From assembly GCA_903930035.1 (NCBI GenBank), contig CAIYXG010000470.1, positions 1 through 28,379 of the forward strand: DNA of 28,379 nucleotides. The letters run 5' to 3'. This DNA is from an uncultured Actinomycetes bacterium (GTDB lineage: Bacteria > Actinomycetota > Acidimicrobiia > Acidimicrobiales > Microtrichaceae). The notes beneath the pieces were generated by a model. The model did not search any database and was not told where the DNA came from. It saw only the letters and a list, made by a program, of their open reading frames with translations. This document shows, one piece after another, positions 18,001 to 23,915 of this stretch. Made by a program: the position numbers and the translations under genes. Positions within the stretch are counted from its first letter, which is position 1; each line of letters begins with the position of its first letter.

Positions 18001-18542
18001 GGACCGAGGACCCGGACGTGGCGTCCCGCCAGATGGACGGGACGCTCTCGACCACGCAGCCGGCCGCGGCCCGGGCCCTGGCCCTGGCGCAGGCGGGCCG
18101 CTACCCGGAGGCGGTCGAGCTGGCCCGTTCCGCCGTGGCGTCCTCGTCGGCCGGCCTGGGGTACGAGCGGTCGGCCCTGGCCGTCACCGAAGCGGCCGTC
18201 GGCAACGTCGACGAGGTCGCGGCGCTGCAGGAGACCGTGCTCGGCGACCCGCGCGCCACCTACCTGGACCGGCTCACGGTGCTCCTGGCCCGCGCGCTGG
18301 TCGACGAGCCCGGCGGCGCCGCCGCGCTGGCCCGGGTCCGGATCGAGCTGGGTGCGACCGAGGACCGTGTGGCCGAGGCGCTCGTGGCGCTGGCCTCGGT
18401 GGCGCGTGCCGAGGCGCTCGGCACAGCGGACCCGGACGAGGTGGCCGAGGCCGACGAGCTGCTGGCCGGGGTGGACATGGCCAGCACCACGTGGCGGGCG
18501 CTCTTCGCCCACATCGCCACGCACCTGGCCGACGAGGACTGA
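15054..18542 (+). CDS. Class III adenylate/guanylate cyclase with N-terminal zinc ribbon, STAND-type AAA ATPase domain and TPR-like helical C-terminus
   Basis: CDQC...CSFC zinc ribbon; VLFADLVGFT, VDKIVGDA, RVGLNTGEV, YTAMGDVMNTASRLQ; GEAGLGK, DLHWAD, GGNPFYLEEL, LPDTLRGLVAARLD; Ala-rich helical repeats. Confidence 0.92.
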   Translation: MKCDQCDGDNLPEARFCSFCGRSLTRPVEERRVVTVLFADLVGFTTLAEHRDPEDVKVMVDQLFEQLVRVVHDHGGQVDKIVGDAVVALFGAPVAHEDDAERAVRAALRMQEVTAEYAVHADTPLQLRVGLNTGEVLTGALRAGGDYTAMGDVMNTASRLQTSAEPGQVRVAESTFRATHQVVAYDALGPLQARGREVPVDAWVATSALLPPGYRPRRRRTPLVGREAELDLLLTTARLSLRHRRGQTLVVVGEAGLGKQRLANELTDQLQVEDDVLVMAGRCVPYGEANPFWPLAEAVRSGVGVGRDEPRESAVATLRAAVDAVAGNVPRLRPEVVVDGLLNLLDYDGPLRLLEGAKARAETTQALLTFLEAVLEDQPVVLRLADLHWADETVLDMVDELTEQLQRLPLVVVATSRTVLSSRWAPNPGRNNVVVLHLDPLERTAAGRLLDTLGGGDLDATTYEALLDRAGGNPFYLEELVTLVGQRGGLDAPTAELPDTLRGLVAARLDGLGPDEQAVIEDAAVWGRSGMKVTLERMGESIRGVGDVDGALASLADKDVLVLDGDAWSFRSDVMREVAYSRLTRRDRLVRHAGTADRLEAICAELGSADRPDTLVLATARHFAEAAHLADELGEPAGYEGLRGRAVRWVEEAGQVAEEAANWRLADQLMSQALDLVGAQDPPSRLELLLSRSLVRSEQWNFAGARQDATEALALADGTTDQVLQARAHLRLGQALMRSGEWADSDREFDAALARYVDAGDVRGQAETMRQSGMAHLLRGDHVGAADPIAGSLDRFRALMDRRGEAWALQNLAWIAFVEGRADGAEVLALESEQAFVEVGDQGGLAWTRGLLAFIRFGQGDFATARELAAEVLHESERRGDAFGTGMMQLVEAGIELWSGHPAAASEVIADAVGHFRAVGDLFGLEQALALQGRALVMSGDVARGTAVLDEAAEVSVGTSTTFAAAVRTLLDVQLGRPDALRGTEDPDVASRQMDGTLSTTQPAAARALALAQAGRYPEAVELARSAVASSSAGLGYERSALAVTEAAVGNVDEVAALQETVLGDPRATYLDRLTVLLARALVDEPGGAAALARVRIELGATEDRVAEALVALASVARAEALGTADPDEVAEADELLAGVDMASTTWRALFAHIATHLADED

Positions 18543-18575
18543 CCCCGTCCCGCCCCGGGTCCGGCCCCGGATGCG

Positions 18576-18624
18576 CCGCACCGGGCACCCTGCCCCCGGG
18601 ACGGGGGAGGAGTGCCCGGTGCGG
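18576..18624. terminator. Long GC-rich hairpin between converging cyclase and peroxiredoxin genes (probable bidirectional terminator)
   Basis: CCGCACCGGGCAC (18576-18588) is the perfect reverse complement of 18612-18624. The stem extends inward by 9 more pairs with bulges to a GGA loop. No U-tract. Confidence 0.65.
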
Positions 18625-18638
18625 TCAGACCTGTGGCG

Positions 18639-19274
18639 TCAGCCCTTGGGCTGCGGCACCCAGCGCAGGTAGGGCTTCTCGGCGCGCCAGCCCTCGGGGA
18701 ACTTCTCCTTGGCCTGCTCGTCGGAGACCGCGCCGCCGATGATGACGTCGCCGCCGTCGGTCCAGTTGGCCGGCGTGGCCACCGAGTACTTGGCCGTGAG
18801 CTGGAGCGAGTCGACGACCCGCAGGATCTCGTCGAAGTTGCGGCCGGTCGACGCCGGGTAGGTCAGCTGCAGCTTGAGCTTGTTGTCCGGGCCGATCACG
18901 AACACCGAGCGCACGGTCAGGGTGTCCAGCTCGTTCGGGTGCACCATGTCGTAGAGGTCGGCGACCGCTCGGTCCGGGTCGGCGATCATCGGGAAGTTCA
19001 CCGCCTCGCCCTGGGTCTCGGCGATGTCCTTCTCCCACTCGAGGTGCGAGTCCACCGGGTCCACGGAGAGACCGATGACCTTCACCCCGCGGCGGTCGAA
19101 CTCGGGCTTCAGCCTGGCGACGGTGCCGAGCTCGGTGGTGCACACCGGCGTGAAGTCCTTGGGGTGCGAGAACAGGATGGCCCAGGCACCGTCCTTCCAC
19201 TCGTGGAACGAGATCGTCCCCTGCGTGGTCTCGGCGGTGAAGTCCGGGACGGTGTCCCCGAGGCGGATGGCCAT
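18639..19274 (-). CDS. 1-Cys peroxiredoxin (Prx6 subfamily)
   Basis: FSHPKDFTPVCTTE, YPASTGRNFDE, ATPANW; single Cys. AGGAG RBS 7 nt upstream. Confidence 0.95.
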   Translation of the reverse strand: MAIRLGDTVPDFTAETTQGTISFHEWKDGAWAILFSHPKDFTPVCTTELGTVARLKPEFDRRGVKVIGLSVDPVDSHLEWEKDIAETQGEAVNFPMIADPDRAVADLYDMVHPNELDTLTVRSVFVIGPDNKLKLQLTYPASTGRNFDEILRVVDSLQLTAKYSVATPANWTDGGDVIIGGAVSDEQAKEKFPEGWRAEKPYLRWVPQPKG

Positions 19275-19411
19275 GGTGCTGCTCCTGTCGTCGTCCGGCG
19301 TCGGACGGCCGGACCAAATATCCGACCAAGATAGTCAGGTATTAGCCGACGGCCAAGCGCTGGGCTGTGCCGGACGCCACAGCGCCACGCGTTGCTGCTC
19401 GCGGGGGTGCT

Positions 19412-19420
19412 TGCTACAGT
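19412..19420 (+). promoter_or_regulatory. Extended -10 promoter (TGcTACAGT) for the small gene at 19505
   Basis: TGn plus TANNNT in the divergent prx/small-gene intergenic region, embedded in an inverted repeat. Confidence 0.5.
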
Positions 19421-19504
19421 TAGCACCGAGTTCAGATCACCGCCGTCCTCCACACCCCCCGGTGGACGGCCCCCGCAAGGGGCAACCCCCAAGAGGAGCA
19501 AGCA

Positions 19505-19858
19505 ATGAGCACCCCCGTCATCGACAAGGTGTCCGAGATCCAGGACTACGTCATCCTCGGCATCGCCTCCGTGAAGGAGCCCGCCACCAACGCCGTGACC
19601 ACGGTCGTCGACTTCGTGACCGGCCGCGTGGAGACCGTCCCGGCCGTGCCGTTCGCCGAGCGGATCCCCACCCCCAAGGAGGTCATCAACAACAGCGCGA
19701 AGTTCGCGACCAACGTGGTGTCCACCTCCAAGGACGTGGCGCTGAGCGTGGCCAAGGCCGCTGCCCCGGTCACCGACCAGCTGCTCGACCGCAAGTCGGC
19801 CAAGAAGACGGCCAAGAAGGTCGCCAAGAACGTCGAGTCGATCGCCTCGGTCGCCTGA
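19505..19858 (+). CDS. Small hypothetical protein (117 aa), amphipathic-helical with Lys/Ala-rich tail (phasin/HBHA-like character)
   Basis: Strong GAGGAG RBS 6 nt upstream; strongly biased codons (AAC, TTC, ATC, AAG); tail KSAKKTAKKVAK. Confidence 0.85.
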   Translation: MSTPVIDKVSEIQDYVILGIASVKEPATNAVTTVVDFVTGRVETVPAVPFAERIPTPKEVINNSAKFATNVVSTSKDVALSVAKAAAPVTDQLLDRKSAKKTAKKVAKNVESIASVA

Positions 19859-19870
19859 CACACCCCCGCA

Positions 19871-19974
19871 CGGCCGGGTCTCCCCCCACCTGGCCGACAG
19901 CGAACCCGCCTGCACGTCCCCCCGGTGCACGGCGGTAGAGCGAAGGACCCGTTCCCCCCACGGGTCCTTCGTTC
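19871..19974 (+). other. Array of three stem-loops with identical TCCCCCC loop cores at 36-nt pitch (candidate structured 3'UTR or small RNA)
   Basis: Stems 19871-79/19888-96, 19906-15/19925-35 and 19938-52/19960-74; loop T residues at 19881, 19917 and 19953. Confidence 0.6.
19938..19974. terminator. Strong hairpin between the converging small gene and lhgO (probable bidirectional terminator)
   Basis: CGAAGGACCCGT / ACGGGTCCTTCG perfect 12 bp, extendable to 15 bp with one G-U; 7-nt loop. Confidence 0.65.
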
Positions 19975-19989
19975 GCGTCCGGGGGCGGT

Positions 19990-21192
19990 TCAGCGGTGGA
20001 CCAGCGCCCCGAGGCGCCGGGCGACGGTCCGGCCGATCGCCAGCGCGGCGGTGGCCGCCGGCGACGGCGCGTTGACCACGTGCACGGCGCGGGGCGACTC
20101 GGCGAACTCGAAGTCGTCGACCAGCGTGCCGTCGGGGCGCAGCGCCTGGGCCCGGATGCCCGAGCCCGCCGGGACCAGGTCGTGGGCCCGCACCTCGGGG
20201 ACCATCCGCCGCAGCTCGCGCGCCACCAGGGCCACCGAGCGCGAGCGGAGCAGCTCGGCCGCACCAGTGGTCCAGTAGCGGGCGGCCAGCCGCCGCAGGC
20301 CGGGGTCGCGGGCCAGCTCGACCGTGTCCTGGACGTCCAGGCCACCGGCGTAGGCCTCGCGGCCGAGGGCCAGCACGGCGTTCGGGCCGGCGTGCACGAG
20401 GCCGTCGACACCGCGGGTCAGGTGGACCCCCAGGAACGGCCACCGGGGGTCGGGCACGGGGTAGATCATCGTGCGGCACAGCTCGGCCGCCGCAGGGCGG
20501 AGCGACAGGTAGTCGCCGCGGAACGGCACGATGCGGACCCCCGGCTCGGCCCCGCACCGGCGCGCCACCCGGTCCGACTGCAGCCCGGCGCAGTTGACCA
20601 GCCAGCGTGTGCGCACCGCCCCCGCGGTCGTCGCCAGCCCCAGGCCGGCCGGCGCGACGGCCACGCGGAGCACCTCGGCCCGTGGGACGAGCACCCCGCC
20701 GCGGGCCAGGACCTCCTCCACCAGCGCCCGGGTGACCGCCGCGTAGTCCACCGCCGCGGCCGACGGCACGTGCAGCGCCGCGATGCCGCGGGCGTGCGGC
20801 TCGACCGCCCGCAGGCCGGTGCCGGACAGCCGGTGCGTCTCGACGCCCCCGGCCCGGGCCCGCCGCTCGATCTCGGCCAGCGGACCCAGCTCCGACGTGC
20901 GGGTGGCGACCACCACCTTGCCCGACTCGGCCAGCGGCAGGCCGTGCTCGCGCACCAGGTCCACCAGCGCGGCGCGGCCCTCCCGGACGAGCTCGGCCTT
21001 CTCGGAGCCCGGCCGGTAGTAGCACCCGGAGTGCACGACGCCGGAGTTGCGGCCCGTCTGGTGCTGCGCCGGCCCGGACTCCTTGTCGAGGACCACGACG
21101 TCGAGGCCGGGCAGCTCGTCGAGGACCGCTCGGGCAGTGGCCATCCCCACGATGCCGGCGCCCACCACGACGACGTCGGCGTCGACGGTCAC
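19990..21192 (-). CDS. lhgO: L-2-hydroxyglutarate oxidase (FAD-dependent)
   Basis: C-terminal 400 aa of ORF 19990..22542: VVVVGAGIVGMATA, HQTGRNSGVVHSG, VNCAGLQSDRVA, IYPVPDPRWPFLGVHLT, AGPNAV, GIRAQA, HVVNAPSPAATA. GTG start overlaps the upstream stop (GTGA). Confidence 0.93.
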   Translation of the reverse strand: MTVDADVVVVGAGIVGMATARAVLDELPGLDVVVLDKESGPAQHQTGRNSGVVHSGCYYRPGSEKAELVREGRAALVDLVREHGLPLAESGKVVVATRTSELGPLAEIERRARAGGVETHRLSGTGLRAVEPHARGIAALHVPSAAAVDYAAVTRALVEEVLARGGVLVPRAEVLRVAVAPAGLGLATTAGAVRTRWLVNCAGLQSDRVARRCGAEPGVRIVPFRGDYLSLRPAAAELCRTMIYPVPDPRWPFLGVHLTRGVDGLVHAGPNAVLALGREAYAGGLDVQDTVELARDPGLRRLAARYWTTGAAELLRSRSVALVARELRRMVPEVRAHDLVPAGSGIRAQALRPDGTLVDDFEFAESPRAVHVVNAPSPAATAALAIGRTVARRLGALVHR

Positions 21193-22406
21193 GTGGGTGC
21201 GCTGGCCGGACCGTTGTCGTCGGCCGGCCGCCGCTGTCCCGCCCGCCCGTACTGCCCGGCCTTGCGGCGGAGGAACGGCGACTCGATGAACCGCCACGAG
21301 AGCTCGGCCACCCCGAAGCTGGCCAGGAACAGCACGCCGGTGCGCACCAGCAGGCCGACCTTGGACCCGGCGCCGGGCACCAGCGGGTTCAGCACCTCGT
21401 GCCACAGGTAGAGCCCGTAGGAGCGCTTGCCGACCCAGACCACGACCGGCAGCGAGAGGACGGTGGCCACCCTGCCCGTGCCGTGCCGGTGGACCCAGAG
21501 CAGCACCGGGGCGATGCCCAGCAGGGCGAGGTTGAAGCCCACCGACTGGAACGGCGTGAAGAGCTCGACCCGGCCCGCCAGCAGCAGCTCGGCCACCAGC
21601 AGGAGCGCCCCGGCGCCGGCCAGGACGTCCAGGGTCCGGGAGCCGTCCGCGCCGCCGAGCAGCCGCGGGCTGCGCCGGCCGAACGCCAGCAGGCAGCCCA
21701 GGACGAGCATGTCGAACCGCATGGCGGAGAACCGGTAGAGGACCTGGGCCAGGTAAGGCAGGTCGGCGTCCCGGAAGGGCGCCTCGGCCGACGCCGACAG
21801 GTCCACGTCGAACAGCGGCGCGGTCAGGCGGACCGACATCCAGAACACGATGAACGCGACCGACGCCCCGACGAGCACCTTCTGGCGCTTCACCGTGGCG
21901 ATGGCCCCCACCAGGGCCAGCGGCCAGAAGAAGTAGAACCACTCCTCGACCGACAGCGACCACAGGTGGAACAGCACCCGGGGCGAGTCCTCGGTCGGGA
22001 ACCCGACGAACCCCAGGAACAGGTGGTACGAGTACAGGGCCGCGGCGGCCAGCTCGGCCCACACCACCGGGTACTCCCGGCCGATGAACACGGCGACCAC
22101 CGCGTAGAGGGCCAGGACGGCGTACATGGCCGGGAAGAGCCGCAGGATGCGCCGGTGGTAGAAGCCCCGGAAGTCCACGCCCCGGTCCCGACGCTGCTCG
22201 TCGAGGAGCAGGTTGGTGATGAGGAAGCCCGACAGGACGAAGAAGACGTCCACGCCGATCAGCCCGCCCACGAACAGCGGCCTGTCGAGCACTAGGAAGT
22301 GGAAGAGCATCACCACGACCACGGCGAACGCGCGCAGGCCGTCGAGGCGGGCCTCGTACTCGAGCGGTGCGGCGTCGACCCGGACCGGTCCGACCGCAGT
22401 GGTCAT
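21189..22406 (-). CDS. Acyltransferase family 3 (OafA/YrhL-like membrane O-acyltransferase), no SGNH domain
   Basis: LDGLRA, GVDVFFVLSGFLIT, RILRLFP, HLWSLSVEEWFY, GKRSYGLYLWH, IESPF. ATGA overlap with the upstream paralog. Confidence 0.92.
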   Translation of the reverse strand: MTTAVGPVRVDAAPLEYEARLDGLRAFAVVVVMLFHFLVLDRPLFVGGLIGVDVFFVLSGFLITNLLLDEQRRDRGVDFRGFYHRRILRLFPAMYAVLALYAVVAVFIGREYPVVWAELAAAALYSYHLFLGFVGFPTEDSPRVLFHLWSLSVEEWFYFFWPLALVGAIATVKRQKVLVGASVAFIVFWMSVRLTAPLFDVDLSASAEAPFRDADLPYLAQVLYRFSAMRFDMLVLGCLLAFGRRSPRLLGGADGSRTLDVLAGAGALLLVAELLLAGRVELFTPFQSVGFNLALLGIAPVLLWVHRHGTGRVATVLSLPVVVWVGKRSYGLYLWHEVLNPLVPGAGSKVGLLVRTGVLFLASFGVAELSWRFIESPFLRRKAGQYGRAGQRRPADDNGPASAPT

Positions 22407-23809
22407 GCGTCGTCGTCCTCGGCCCGCTCCGGCGCGGGCGCCAGGTCCTCGACCGGTCCGTGGTGGCCGCCCCGGTGCTGGTCGAAGCCGGGCAGCGCAC
22501 TGTCGTCGGGCGCGGTGCCCGGACGGTCCAGCCCGAACTCACTGAGCGGCTCGGTCCCCTCGAACAGGTCGAGCGCCGGCGCCTGGTGGCGCTGGGACGC
22601 GGCGGCCAGGTCGGCGGCCTTCTCCTCGGGCCGTCGGTAGCGGGTCTCCTTGAGCCGGAGGAACGGCTTCTCCACGAAGCGGAAGGACGCCATGCCGGCC
22701 AGCACCCCGAGCGCGGAGACGACCAGGCCGACGGCGTACTTCTTGGCGCCGTACGACTCGTCGATCAGTCCCAGGAACGGCAGGGCCACGGGGATGTGCC
22801 AGAGGTAGATGCCGTAGGACCGGGCGCCCAGGTAGCGGAACGGCTGCCAGGCCAGGGCACGGCCGTACACGGTCGCCGGCCGGAAGAACAGGTCGAGCGT
22901 GATGGGGGCCAGGCCGAACAGCGCCAGCTGGTACACCGGCCCGCCGAACAGCCCGAAGCCGGGGATGCGGCCACCGCCGACCAGGATCCCCACGAACAGG
23001 ACCCAGCCGACCGGGCCGAGCCACGCGAGCAGGCGCAGGACGTGCGCGGGGACCGGCCGGGGGATGGCGCGGGCCACGAACGCCGTCAGGCAGCCCAGGA
23101 CGATCATGTCGGGCCGGACCGCGGCGATCCGGTAGACGACCCCCTGCCAGGTGACGTCGCCCTCGTCGACGAACCGGCCGACGTTCGTGGGGTTGAACTC
23201 GATCATGTAGTTGAGCCGCACCCGCAGGAACACCATGACGGCGATGAACACCACCGCCCCGACGATCAGGTTGCGGTCGTTGCGGCGGGTCGCCTTCTTG
23301 AGGGTCCGGTTCAGTACGAGGGGCCAGACGAAGTAGAACTGCTCCTCGACCGTGAGGCTCCAGGTGTGGCCGATGAGCCCGATGCGGCCCGGCAGGAACG
23401 CCGCCACCACGTAGTAGCTGTAGGTGGCGGCCGCCACGAGCTCGACCCACCACAGGTCCGCCTCGGCGACGGCCTCCGGCGCCAGGACCTTCACCACCAG
23501 CATGAACAGCAGGAAGATCCCGAGCATGGCGTACATGGCCGGGAACAGGCGCAGCACGCGCCGGGAGTAGAAGTTCTTGAGGCTGACGGTCCCGGTGGCG
23601 TACTTCTCGTCGAGCAGCAGCGTGGTGATCAGGAAGCCCGACGCCACGAAGAACCAGTCGATGACGATGGGCGTGCCCAGGAACTTGTCGAGCAGGCCGG
23701 CGTGGTAGCCGACGACGATCAGGACGAAGATGCCGCGCAGGCCGTCGAACGACGGGATGTGTCCCAGCCGTTCGCCCTCGACCTTGATCAGCCGTTGTCC
23801 GTCGCTCAC
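22403..23809 (-). CDS. Acyltransferase family 3 (OafA/YrhL-like), second paralog
   Basis: IPSFDGLRG, FFVASGFLIT, RRVLRLFP, HTWSLTVEEQFY, GARSYGIYLWH, VEKPF. GTG start at 23809 is chosen because sequence upstream of it is not family-like. Confidence 0.9.
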   Translation of the reverse strand: MSDGQRLIKVEGERLGHIPSFDGLRGIFVLIVVGYHAGLLDKFLGTPIVIDWFFVASGFLITTLLLDEKYATGTVSLKNFYSRRVLRLFPAMYAMLGIFLLFMLVVKVLAPEAVAEADLWWVELVAAATYSYYVVAAFLPGRIGLIGHTWSLTVEEQFYFVWPLVLNRTLKKATRRNDRNLIVGAVVFIAVMVFLRVRLNYMIEFNPTNVGRFVDEGDVTWQGVVYRIAAVRPDMIVLGCLTAFVARAIPRPVPAHVLRLLAWLGPVGWVLFVGILVGGGRIPGFGLFGGPVYQLALFGLAPITLDLFFRPATVYGRALAWQPFRYLGARSYGIYLWHIPVALPFLGLIDESYGAKKYAVGLVVSALGVLAGMASFRFVEKPFLRLKETRYRRPEEKAADLAAASQRHQAPALDLFEGTEPLSEFGLDRPGTAPDDSALPGFDQHRGGHHGPVEDLAPAPERAEDDDA

Positions 23810-23898
23810 CGTTCGGATCCGTTCTCCCCGGGAACGCCCCGGAAAACTCCCCCGGGGCACGGTACCGGCAGACCGCCCCGGCTCCCACCCGGCGGGCG

Positions 23899-23914
23899 GG
23901 GGCAGACCTGCCCC
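23899..23914 (-). terminator. Short hairpin GGGGCAG-AC-CTGCCCC immediately after the topoisomerase B-subunit stop
   Basis: 7-nt perfect inverted arms 1 nt downstream of TGA; no U-tract. Confidence 0.35.
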
Positions 23915-23915
23915 G

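Noticed and set aside
19406-19430. CIRCE (HrcA) element suggested by TTAGCAC
   Set aside because: The half-sites are in the wrong order and spacing for TTAGCACTC-N9-GAGTGCTAA, and the neighbours are not chaperone genes.
19865-19974. CRISPR array or type III toxin-antitoxin (ToxI-like 36-nt) repeats
   Set aside because: Only 7 nt are shared between the 36-nt units. There is no repeat-spacer pattern, no cas genes and no downstream toxin gene.
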